DNA of 64,000 bases, taken from positions 96,001-160,000 of the forward strand of contig CAVVEU010000008.1 of assembly GCA_963747235.1 (NCBI GenBank), read 5' to 3'. A program made the position numbers and the translations under genes. The stretch is from an uncultured Candidatus Rokubacteria bacterium (GTDB lineage Bacteria > Methylomirabilota > Methylomirabilia > Rokubacteriales > CSP1-6). Shown piece after piece: positions 44,033 through 53,359 of the stretch. Below the pieces are notes generated by a model. That model was not told where the DNA came from. It saw nothing but the letters and a program-made list of their open reading frames with translations, and ran no database searches. Positions within the stretch are counted from its first letter, which is position 1, and each line of letters opens with the position of its first letter.

Positions 44033-45303
44033 AGGCCGGCCGCCGCGCGTTCATCGGGCTCGGCGTCGCGGCCACCGCCTCGGCCGCCTTCCGCCCGGTC
44101 CGGGCGCTCGCGCAGGGCGCCGCCCCGCGCGTCGTGGTCGTCGGAGGCGGGTTCGCCGGCGCGAGCTGCGCCCGCGCCCTCCGCCAGGCCGCGCCGCGGG
44201 CGGCCGTCACGCTGGTCGAGGCGAACCCGACGTTCACCGCCTGCCCGTTCAGCAACGCGGTCATCGGCGGCCTGCGCGAGCTCTCCGCGCAGCGGTTCAC
44301 GTACGAGCGGGTCGCCGCCGACGGCATCACCCTGGCGCGCGCGCTCGCGACCGGCGTGGACGCGCAGGCGCGATCGGTCACGCTCGCGGACGGCGCGCGC
44401 CTGCCCTACGACCGGCTGGTGCTGGCCCCCGGCATCGACATGCGCTGGGGCGCGCTGCCCGGCTACGACGAGGCGGCGGCCGCCCAGATGCCGCACGCCT
44501 GGCGGGCGGGCGAGCAGACCGCGCTGCTGCGCCGGCAGCTCGAGGCGATGGACGACGGCGGCCTCGTCGTGATCTCGGCGCCCGCCAATCCGTTCCGCTG
44601 CCCGCCCGGGCCCTACGAGCGGGCCAGCCTGATCGCGCACTACCTCAAGACGAGGAAGCCGCGGTCCAAGCTGATCATCCTCGACGCCAAGGACGCGTTC
44701 TCCAAGCAGCGCCTGTTCCAGGCCGCCTGGGCCGAGCTGTACCCGGGCCTGCTCGAGTGGGTGCCGCTGTCCAAGGGCGGCAACGTCACCTCGGTGGACG
44801 CCGCGACGCGCACGCTCGTGACGGACTTCGGGCGGCACCAGGCGAAGGTGGCCAATGTCATCCCGCCGCAGAAGGCGGGCCGCATCGCCGAGGTGGCCGG
44901 CGTCGCCGACCGCACCGGCTGGTGCCCGATCGATCCGGTGACGTTCGAGTCGAAGCTGCAGGCCGGCATTCACGTCATCGGCGACGCGGCGATCGCGGGG
45001 GCGATGCCGAAGTCGGCCTTCGCCGCGAACGCGCAGGCCAAGACGTGCGCGGCGGCGGTGGCGCGGCTCCTCACCGGCGCGGTCCCGTCCACGCCCAAGC
45101 TGATCAATACCTGCTACAGCCTGGTCGCGCCCGACTACGGGATCTCGGTCGCCGGGGTCTACCAGCCGTCCGGCGGGCAGCTCGCGGAGGTCCCCGGCTC
45201 CGGAGGCGTCAGCCCGGCGGACGCGCCGCGCGCGACGCGGGCCGCGGAGGCCGTGCTCGCCGAGGCGTGGTTCCGCACGATCACCGGCGAGGTATTCGGG
45301 TGA
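44029..45303 (+). CDS. fccB: Flavocytochrome c sulfide dehydrogenase flavoprotein (FccB/SoxF)
   Basis: Tat RRAF, GGGFAG, CPFSN, FRCPPGPYERA, MPKSA, NTCYS. Confidence 0.92.
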   Translation: MKAGRRAFIGLGVAATASAAFRPVRALAQGAAPRVVVVGGGFAGASCARALRQAAPRAAVTLVEANPTFTACPFSNAVIGGLRELSAQRFTYERVAADGITLARALATGVDAQARSVTLADGARLPYDRLVLAPGIDMRWGALPGYDEAAAAQMPHAWRAGEQTALLRRQLEAMDDGGLVVISAPANPFRCPPGPYERASLIAHYLKTRKPRSKLIILDAKDAFSKQRLFQAAWAELYPGLLEWVPLSKGGNVTSVDAATRTLVTDFGRHQAKVANVIPPQKAGRIAEVAGVADRTGWCPIDPVTFESKLQAGIHVIGDAAIAGAMPKSAFAANAQAKTCAAAVARLLTGAVPSTPKLINTCYSLVAPDYGISVAGVYQPSGGQLAEVPGSGGVSPADAPRATRAAEAVLAEAWFRTITGEVFG

Positions 45304-45722
45304 ACCGTCCGGCGTGGATGACCGTGGTCGCCGCGGTCTGCTGCCTGGCGGGGACGGCGCATGCCAGCGACGCCCTCCCGCAATCGCTCACCGGCGCCAA
45401 GGGTGATGCCACGCGCGGCCGCGCGATCGTCGCCAGCCGTCAGGTCGGCCTGTGCCTGCTGTGCCACAGCGGCCCGTTCCCGGAGGAGCGGTTCCAGGGC
45501 AACCTCGCCCCCGACCTCACGGGGGCGGGGACGCGCTGGTCCGAGGGCCAGCTCCGGCTCCGGATCGTGGATTCCAGCCGGCTCAATCCCGCGACGATCA
45601 TGCCGGCGTATCATGTGACGAACGGATTGGCGCGGGTGGCGCCGGCCTGGCGGGGCAAGCCCGTCCTGAGCGCCCAGCAGATCGAGGACGTGGTGGCCTT
45701 CTTGATGACGCTGAAGGACTGA
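45300..45722 (+). CDS. soxX: SoxX c-type cytochrome
   Basis: GDATRGRAI, CLLCH, GNLAPDL, TIMPAY. Confidence 0.9.
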   Translation: MNRPAWMTVVAAVCCLAGTAHASDALPQSLTGAKGDATRGRAIVASRQVGLCLLCHSGPFPEERFQGNLAPDLTGAGTRWSEGQLRLRIVDSSRLNPATIMPAYHVTNGLARVAPAWRGKPVLSAQQIEDVVAFLMTLKD

Positions 45723-45726
45723 CCGG

Positions 45727-46203
45727 ATGGACCGTCGAGCGTCGCGTCGCGAGTTCCTGCGGGCCGCCGGCGGCGTCGCGGCCGGCCTGGGGCTCGGGTC
45801 ACTCGTCGCGGTCCGGCCCGCGCGCGCCACCCCCGCCGAGATGGAAGACGCCATCCGCAAGGTGATCGGCTCCCCGACGGTCACCCCCGGTCGGGTGACG
45901 CTCGATCTGCCGCCCCTCATCGAGAACGGCAACGCGGTGCCGCTCACGGTGTCCGTGACGAGCCCGATGACCGGCGCCGATCACGTGCGGGCGATTCACG
46001 TCTTCACGCAGAAGAACCCGCAGCCCAATGTCGCGAGCTTCCACCTGGGGCCGCGCGCGGGCCGGGCGAAGGTGGCGACCCGTGTCCGGCTCGCCGACTC
46101 GCAGATGGTGATCGCGATCTGCGAGCTGAGCGACGGGACCTTCTGGTCGGACAGCGCGGACATCGTGGTCACCCTCGCGGCGTGTCTCGAGGACGGGATC
46201 TAG
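45727..46203 (+). CDS. soxY: SoxY-related carrier with non-canonical arm (VTLAACLED)
   Basis: Tat SRREFL, ENGNAVP, KNPQP, TRVRLA; C-terminal Cys not in GGCGG. Confidence 0.88.
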   Translation: MDRRASRREFLRAAGGVAAGLGLGSLVAVRPARATPAEMEDAIRKVIGSPTVTPGRVTLDLPPLIENGNAVPLTVSVTSPMTGADHVRAIHVFTQKNPQPNVASFHLGPRAGRAKVATRVRLADSQMVIAICELSDGTFWSDSADIVVTLAACLEDGI

Positions 46204-46205
46204 CC

Positions 46206-46526
46206 GTGGCGAGCGTGCTGATCAACGTGCCCCCGCGGGCCAAGCGCGGCGAGATCATCGAGATCAAGACCCTGATCTCGCACACGATGGAGACGGGGTT
46301 CCGCCGCACCCAGCTCGGCGCGGTGATCCCCCGCGACATCATCCGGCGGTTCGCGTGCACCTACAACGGCACCGAGGTCTTCCGCGCCGAGCTCCACCCG
46401 GCGATCTCCGCCAATCCCTTCATCGTGTTCTCGACCATCGCCGTCGAGAGCGGCACGCTCGAGTTCCAGTGGACCGGCGACAACGGCTTCTCGGTGACGC
46501 AGTCGGCCGCCATCCTTGTCGAGTAG
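46206..46526 (+). CDS. soxZ: SoxZ
   Basis: LISHTMETG, AISANP, WTGDNG. Confidence 0.9.
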   Translation: MASVLINVPPRAKRGEIIEIKTLISHTMETGFRRTQLGAVIPRDIIRRFACTYNGTEVFRAELHPAISANPFIVFSTIAVESGTLEFQWTGDNGFSVTQSAAILVE

Positions 46527-47298
46527 GAGCCGACTCGCCGCCGCGGCGGTGGCGCTCGCGTTCGCGGCGTCGGCGTTCGCGGCCGAGATCCCCCGCGCCG
46601 ACCGCCGCTCCGGCTACGACTTCATGAGCCGCGAGACCCGGGCGATGCAGGACGACGACACCGCCAATCCGGGCATGCTCTGGGTCCTCGAGGGCGGAGC
46701 GCTCTGGACCCGGAAGACCGGCTCCGCCGGCCGGGCCTGCGCCGACTGTCACGGCGACGCCCGCGTGACCATGAAGGGCGTGGCCGCGCGCCATCCCGCG
46801 TTCGACGCCGCCCGGGGGCGGCCGCTCAACCTGGAGCAGCGCATCAACGCCTGCCGGGTCGACCGGCAGGGCGCGCCGCCGCTCGCCTACGAGAGCCGGG
46901 AGCTCCTGGCGCTGGCCGCCTACGTCGCGCGCCAGTCGCGCGGGGTGCCGATCGAGGTCGCGATCGACGCGCGGACCCAGCCGTTCCTCGACGCGGGCCA
47001 GGCCATCTACCATCGACGCCAGGGCCAGCTCAATCTGGCGTGCGGCCAGTGTCACGACGACCACTGGGGGCGGCAGCTCGCGGGCAATGTCATCCCGCAG
47101 GCGCACCCGACCGGGTACCCGCTCTACCGCCTGGAGTGGCAGGGGCTCGGCTCGCTCCAGCGGCGCCTGCGCAACTGCCTGGTGGGGATCCGCGCGGAGC
47201 CGTACGAGTTCGGCGCGCCCGAGCTCGTGCAGCTCGAGCTCTACCTGATGTGGCGCGCGCGGGGGATGACCTTCGAGGCGCCCGCGGTGCGGCCCTGA
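46516..47298 (+). CDS. soxA: Diheme SoxA
   Basis: NPGMLWV, CADCH, GQLNLACGQCH, YPLYRLEW, RRLRNC. Confidence 0.92.
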   Translation: MSSRSRLAAAAVALAFAASAFAAEIPRADRRSGYDFMSRETRAMQDDDTANPGMLWVLEGGALWTRKTGSAGRACADCHGDARVTMKGVAARHPAFDAARGRPLNLEQRINACRVDRQGAPPLAYESRELLALAAYVARQSRGVPIEVAIDARTQPFLDAGQAIYHRRQGQLNLACGQCHDDHWGRQLAGNVIPQAHPTGYPLYRLEWQGLGSLQRRLRNCLVGIRAEPYEFGAPELVQLELYLMWRARGMTFEAPAVRP

Positions 47299-47311
47299 GG
47301 CCGCGCCGCGC

Positions 47312-48503
47312 TCAGCCCTGCGGCCGGACTTCCTGGGCGAGGTAGTCGATCGCCGCCTGCACGCCGCCGGATCCGTGCGGGATCCCGAGCGCCGCGAGCC
47401 CCATCTCGATCGAGCCGAGGACCCCGAACATCATGGGCGCGTTGATGTGGCCCATGTGGGCGATGCGGAAGGCCTTGCCCGAGAGCTCGCCGATGCCGAC
47501 GCCGACGACCACGCCGCAGTGCGCGCGGCAGTAGGCGAGCAGGGGCTTCGGATCGCCGCCGGGCGTCCGGACGGTCGTGACCGAGTTGCTGCGCTCCGCC
47601 GGCTCGGTGATGTTCAGCGCCAGCGCCCCGCTCTCCGCCCATCGGCCGACCGCCCGGCGCGTGGCTTCTCCGAGCAGCGCGTGGCGACGGGCGGCCTGCG
47701 GGAGGCCCTCGGCGAACAGCATGTCCATCGCCTTGCGCAGGGCGAACAGCAGGTGCTGCGGCGGGGTGCCGCCGTACTTCTGGTAGTGCACCTCGCCCAT
47801 GCGGAACGTCCAGTCCCAGTAGCGCGTGCGCAGGTCGGCCTTCTGGTGGGCGGCCAGCGCCCGGTCATTGGCCGCGACGAAGGCCAGGCCGGGTGGGGTC
47901 ATCAGCCCCTTCTGCGAGCCCGACATGGCGACGTCCACCTTCCAGGCATCCATCTCGAACGGCATGCAGCCGAGCGAGGCCACGCAGTCGACCATCAGGA
48001 GGGCGGGGTGATTGGTCGAGTCGATGGCCCGACGGATGGCCGGGATATCGTTGACGACCGCCGAGGCGGTGTCGACCTGCACGACGAGGATCGCCTTGAT
48101 CTCGTGGGCGGTGTCGGCCGCCAGGCGCTGGGCCACCGCGGCCGGATCCACCGCGCGCCGCCAGTCTCCCTTCAGCACCTCGACCTTGATCCCCAGCATC
48201 CGCGCCATGTCGCCCCAGCCGAGCGCGAACACGCCGGACTCGAGCACCAGCACCGTCTCGCCTCGCGACAGGACATTGCTGACCGCCGCTTCCCAGCCGC
48301 CGTGCCCGTTGGCCGCGTAGATGAAGACGCGCCCGGCCGTGCCGGAACAGCCGGGGCAGATCCTCGAGCAGGGTCCGGGTCAGCTCGACCATGTCGCCCG
48401 AGTAGATGTCGATCGCCGGGCGGTGCATCGCCTGGAGCACGGCGTCCGGGATATTGGTCGGGCCGGGGATGCTGAGAAATTCGCGACCGTTGGCGACTGT
48501 CAT
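47312..48503 (-). CDS. Class V PLP aminotransferase (serine/alanine-glyoxylate type); frameshift near 48340
   Basis: IPGPTN, VDCVASL, GSQKGLM, FRIAHMG. Confidence 0.9.
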
Positions 48504-48532
48504 GGAAGACATCCTAGCATTTCGAGCCGGGC

Positions 48533-49358
48533 CTAGGCGGTGGCCTTCAGCGAGAACATCAGGGGCAGGCTGCCCCGGCCCTGGGGCAGGCGCGGGTCCT
48601 CCGGCAGGCGCCACCAGCCGTCGGCGTCCTGCTCCATCCACGGGAAGAACCGCCACGCCATGAACGGGTACTCGTCGAACGCGGTGATCCGGAGGCCGGC
48701 GCGGACGAGCGCGCCGATGAGGTCCGAGACCGTGTGGAGCCAGACGTGCTCGACGCTCGCGATCGGCGCGTCCGGCGTGCTGTAGCAGCCGGGGTACTCC
48801 TCGCGGATGGGCTCCGGCCCGTGGAAGTACGGGTAGAGCAGCCGCAGGGCCGGCTCGGCCAGCGCGATCGTCGAAGATCTGGAGCAGGGGATGCGCCTCG
48901 ACGATGTAGAAGATGCCGCCCGGCGCCAGGAAGTGGGCGATCACCTGGGCCCAGCGCTCCAGGTCGGGCAGCCAGCCCAGCACGCCGTGGGAGGTGAAGA
49001 CGACGTCGAAGCGGCCGGTGAGATGCCGGGGCAGGTCGTAGAGGTCGCTCTGCACGAAGGTGGCGGGTACTCCCATCCGGGCCGCGAGCGCCCGCGCGGC
49101 GGTCACCGCTTCCTCGGAGAAGTCCACGCCGGTGACCGTCGCGCCGTGTCCGGCCCAGCGGATGGTGTCCATCCCGAAGTGGCACTGGAGGTGGAGCAGC
49201 GACTTGCCCCGGACGTCTCCCGGCCCGGCGCGGTCGATCGGGCGGAGATCGCGCCCGCGGCCCGCCGCGAATGCCTCGACGTCGTACATCTCGGACCGGA
49301 GGTTGATCCGCGTCCAGGCGTTCCAGAGCGTGCGGTTGGCCTCGCGGTACTCGTCCAC
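48533..49358 (-). CDS. Class I SAM-dependent methyltransferase; frameshift near 48865
   Basis: LLHLQCHFG, GVDFS, WLPDL, EAHP. Confidence 0.87.
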
Positions 49359-49361
49359 GGT

Positions 49362-50411
49362 CTACGCGTCCAGGCGATAGACCCGCCGGGCGGTGCCGCT
49401 GAACATGGCCTGCTTCTCCGCGGCGGAGGCGCCGCCCGCGATCCGCTTGAGCGCGTTCCAGAGCCCCGCCCAGCCGATGCCCATCTTGTCCACCGGGAAG
49501 TTGCTCTCGAACAGGCAGCGGCTCGCGCCGAAGAGCTCGATGCACGTCTCGATGTACGGACGCCAGAGGGCGGCCAGCTCGGTGGAGGTGGGCGGCTTCG
49601 GCTGGGTGCGGTAGTCGTAGGCGGCCAGGCGCATCATCATGCCGCCGAGCTTCACGACCACGTTGGGGCATCGCGCGAGCTCGGCGATCTGCGGCTTCCA
49701 GGCCGCGAAGACGTCCTTCTGCTTGCCGGTGTAGGGGCCGTAGCCGAGCACGCCGCCGACGTGGCCGAGGATGATCGTGGTGTCGGGGAACGCGCGGGCC
49801 AGGTCCACCACGTCCGCGAGCTGCGGATGGAACACCCAGGCGTCGAGCGAGAGGCCGAGCCGGGTGAGCACCGCGAGGCCCGCCCGGAAGTCGGGCCGCT
49901 GGTAGACGTGCGGCCCGTCGGCCACCGCGCTGTTGCCGATGATGTCGCTCGCGTCCCACGCCGCCGAGTGCCGCACCCCGCGGAAGCGCCCGCCGCCGGC
50001 GCGCAGATGCGCCTGCAGCACCGGCTCCACGCGGTCGCCCAGGGTGAGGTCCGCGAAGCCCACGATGCCGGCGGCGACGCGGGTGGGCCCGTACATGCCG
50101 CTGGCGCTCATCGCGGCCTGGCCGGCCACGAACTCGGTCTCGCCCACCGGCCGCATCTCCGCGGGCCCGGCCGCGCGGTACATCGAGTGGCATTCGAGGA
50201 ACACGGTGGCGACCAGGTTGTGGCCGGTGGCGGCGTCCGCGAGGAAGTCGGTCAGGAGGTAGCGGTGGCCCTCGCGGTCCCACAGGTGGTGATGCGTGTC
50301 GATGATCGGCAGGTCGGGCTCGAGGATCGGCTCGGGCGGCTGCGTGGCCAGCCACGCCTCGTCCGGATGATGGATTCTCCCGAACTGGGTCGGACGGTCG
50401 GACGCGCTCAT
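49362..50411 (-). CDS. Amidohydrolase family 2 protein
   Basis: IIDTHHHLW, GHVGG, FESNFPVDK. Confidence 0.9.
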   Translation of the reverse strand: MSASDRPTQFGRIHHPDEAWLATQPPEPILEPDLPIIDTHHHLWDREGHRYLLTDFLADAATGHNLVATVFLECHSMYRAAGPAEMRPVGETEFVAGQAAMSASGMYGPTRVAAGIVGFADLTLGDRVEPVLQAHLRAGGGRFRGVRHSAAWDASDIIGNSAVADGPHVYQRPDFRAGLAVLTRLGLSLDAWVFHPQLADVVDLARAFPDTTIILGHVGGVLGYGPYTGKQKDVFAAWKPQIAELARCPNVVVKLGGMMMRLAAYDYRTQPKPPTSTELAALWRPYIETCIELFGASRCLFESNFPVDKMGIGWAGLWNALKRIAGGASAAEKQAMFSGTARRVYRLDA

Positions 50412-51246
50412 GCGGAGTCTCCCAGGGTGCGCAGCAGGGTTTCGCTCGCGCGGTCGGCGGGGAAGAAGCACTCCACGCGCAGCTCGTGCAGCGTGATGTC
50501 GTACGGGACGCCGAGCGTGGTCAGCGTGGAGAAGAACGTGAGATGGGTGTTCCCGCGGCGCAGCTCGACACCCAGGAACGGCACCGGCGCGGCGTCGAGA
50601 TCCAGGGTCCGCCACTTCTGGGGCACGTCCGGGTAGGAGAGCAGCTCTTCGAGCAGCCGGCTCGTCTCCGCGTCGCCGATGCCGCGGGCCAGGTCGCGAT
50701 GCAGCCACTGGATGAGTCCGGCCGCGGTGGCTTCCCAGTTGACGATGAAGGGGCGCATGCCGCGCGGATGGTAGAAGAGGCGCATCGCGTTGGGCGGGCC
50801 GCCGACCGCCGCCACCGCGTCGGCGTCGAGGAACAGGCCCATCAGCCGCCGGGCGCCGCCATTGGTCATCAGGATGTTCCAGTGGCCGTCGATGACCAGG
50901 CCGGGGTAGGGCTCCTGCTGGCGCATCATGAAGTCGAGCGCCCGCCGCACGTCGGCCATCTCGGGCGCCTCGAGGCCGGTTTCCCGGTACACCGGCGCGT
51001 AGCCGGCGGCGGTCAGCAGGTCGTTGCGCCCGCGCGGCGGGACCTCGAGCACGCGGCTCAGCAGCAGCACCATGTCGCGGCTCGGCTGGGCGCGGCCCGT
51101 CTCGATGAAGCTCAGGTGCCGCGAGGAGATCTCGGCGTCCACCGCCAGGGCGAGCTGGCTCAGGCGCCGGCGCTCGCGCCACTGCTTGAGCAGGCGGCCG
51201 AACGTGCCCCCCGTGCGGCTCGCAGTCGCTGGGTTCTGGTCGTCAT
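50408..51246 (-). CDS. XRE-family HTH regulator with MmyB-like ligand-binding domain; frameshift in first codons
   Basis: FGRLLKQWR...SQLALA, HLSFIETGRAQPS, QEPYP, FFPAD. Confidence 0.88.
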
Positions 51247-51280
51247 GCGGGGAAGTATACGCAGGACGGGATCGAGCGCC

Positions 51281-51297
51281 ATTACCTCCAAGGTAAT
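51281..51297. promoter_or_regulatory. Palindromic operator between divergent XRE and thioesterase genes
   Basis: ATTACCT-CCA-AGGTAAT (7-3-7). Confidence 0.7.
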
Positions 51298-51343
51298 TGA
51301 ACTGGCTCCCGGTTTCGGGGAGGATGGCGGCCGGAGGTCACCC

Positions 51344-51742
51344 ATGGACATCGATCCCACCCCGTTCAACGAGCGGATGGCCGGAACCCTGAGCACGCTG
51401 CTGGGGCTGCGCATCGTGGAGGCGAGCCCCGACCGCGTGGTGGCGGAGCTGACGATCCGCGACGAGCTGCGCACCGTCGGCGGCGCGCTGCACGGCGGGA
51501 CCCTGATGGCGCTGGCCGACACGGTGGGCGCCGCCGCCACCATCGTGAACCTGCCGCCGGGCGCGGGCACGACCACGCTCGAGTCGAAGACCAACTTCTT
51601 CGCGGCCGGGCGCGACGGCGTGGTGCGCGCGGAGGCCACGCCGCTGCACCGGGGCAAGCGCACCCAGGTGTGGCAGACCCGCGTCACCGACGAATCCGGC
51701 CGGCTCCTCTCCCTGACGACCCAGACCCAGATGGTGCTGTGA
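51344..51742 (+). CDS. PaaI-family thioesterase
   Basis: LHGGTLMALADT, ESKTNF. Confidence 0.9.
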   Translation: MDIDPTPFNERMAGTLSTLLGLRIVEASPDRVVAELTIRDELRTVGGALHGGTLMALADTVGAAATIVNLPPGAGTTTLESKTNFFAAGRDGVVRAEATPLHRGKRTQVWQTRVTDESGRLLSLTTQTQMVL

Positions 51743-52690
51743 AGGTCGCCTTCGCGGGGGTCTTCGCGGGCCACGTCGCCGACCGGGTGCGGGCGCGCCT
51801 GCGCATTCCGTGCGAGGTGACGCTGATCGACGATCGCGACGATCGGCGACGTGGACGTGCTGGTGAGCATGGCCTTCACGCGCGAGATGGCCGCGGCCGC
51901 CCCGCGGCTGCGCCTGGTGCAGGTGCCGGGCGCGGGCCTCGATCGCATCGACCGGGCCGCGCTCGCGCCGGGCACCGCGCTGGCCAATGCCTACGGCCAC
52001 GACGTCGGCATCGCGGAGTACGTGATCGGCGCGATGCTCGCGATCACCCGGAGCTTCTGTCGCATCGACGCCGACCTGCGCCGGGGCCGCTGGGACAGCG
52101 TGTGGTCGGGCGCGCCGGTGCCGCTCTGGCCGGAGCTGGCCGGCAAGACCCTGGGCATCCTCGGCTACGGCCGCATCGGCCAGGCGGTCGCCCGGCGGGC
52201 GCTGGCCTTCGACATGGACGTGCTGGCGATCCGGCGCGACGCGAGCCGGCCCGATCCGCACGGGCTCGCGTTCGTGCGCGGCCCGGCGGCGCTCGACGAG
52301 GTGCTGGGGCGCGCCGACTACCTGGCCATCACGCTGGCGCTCACCCCCGACACGCGCGGGCTCATCGGCGCCCGGGAGCTCGCGCGGATGAAGCCCACCG
52401 CGGTGCTGATCAACGTGGCCCGCGGCGAGGTGGTGGACGAGGACGCGCTCTACGACGCGCTCCACCGCGGCGCGATCGCGGGCGCCGCGCTCGACGTCTG
52501 GTACCGCTACCCGACGGGCGCCGCGCCGGTCCATCCCGGCCACCGCCCGTTCCACGAGCTGCCGAACGTGCTGATGACGCCCCACGTGTCGGGCTGGACG
52601 GAAGGGATGATGGACGCCCGGGCCGGGATCATCGCCGAGAACATCCATCGCACCGCGCGGGGCGAGGCGCCCGTCAACCTGATCGGGTAG
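51739..52690 (+). CDS. D-2-hydroxyacid dehydrogenase; frameshift near 51840
   Basis: GAGLD, GYGRIG, NVARG, ALDVW, TPHVSG. Confidence 0.9.
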
Positions 52691-52807
52691 AACTCACCCG
52701 GAAAATCGTACCCGGAGGCCGCCATCCAAGGGAGGGAAGGACGCCGCGGCGGGTACTTGCGCTGGGCACGCGCCATGCTCGTGGAGGGGATAGGAGGTCG
52801 ACCATCC

Positions 52808-53047
52808 ATGAGCGTGACGCGCAAGGTGCGTATCAATCTGGTCAGCGAGCGGGAGCTGCTGGAGATCCCCGGGCTGGACCCTGCCGGGGCGGCCGCGATC
52901 GCACGGTTCCGCGCGGAGCACGGCCCCATCGAGGAGGCCGCCCAGCTCTCGGCCATTCTTCGTGGTCATCCGGGGGTGACTGCCGTGAAGGAGAGCGTGG
53001 ACTTCGCCCCGGCCGACACCACCGCGCCCGAAGCGCCGGGGGCGTAG
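52808..53047 (+). CDS. Small helix-hairpin-helix (ComEA-like) protein
   Basis: RINL...ELLEIPGLDPAGAAAIARFR..HGP; SD AGGAGG. Confidence 0.7.
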   Translation: MSVTRKVRINLVSERELLEIPGLDPAGAAAIARFRAEHGPIEEAAQLSAILRGHPGVTAVKESVDFAPADTTAPEAPGA

Positions 53048-53086
53048 ACTCGGCGGACGCGATACAACTGCGGTAGACTTCGGCCG

Positions 53087-53359
53087 ATGAGCGCCAAGAC
53101 CCCGTCGCGGCAGGAGTCGCTCACCCGGGCGCTGGATTTCCTCGCCGCGGGGGAGTGGCAGCGCGCCCACGAGATCGTCCAGGAGGACAAGTCGGAGCTG
53201 GCCTCGTGGCTGCACGGGATCGTCCACACGCTGGAGGGCGATCTCGACAACGCGCGCTACTGGTACCGCCGCACCACGCGCGAGTTCCCGGGCGCGGCCG
53301 CGGTGCAGCGCGAGATCGTCGCCGCGCGCCTAGCGCTCGCCGAGGAACATCGCGCGTAG
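53087..53359 (+). CDS. Small conserved-looking helical hypothetical protein
   Basis: WQRAHEIVQ...WLHGIVHTLEGDLDNARYW; TAGACT 7 nt upstream. Confidence 0.75.
   Translation: MSAKTPSRQESLTRALDFLAAGEWQRAHEIVQEDKSELASWLHGIVHTLEGDLDNARYWYRRTTREFPGAAAVQREIVAARLALAEEHRA

Noticed and set aside
45300-47298. Evidence of canonical thiosulfate chemolithotrophy
   Set aside because: soxB and soxCD are absent from the window and SoxY lacks GGCGG
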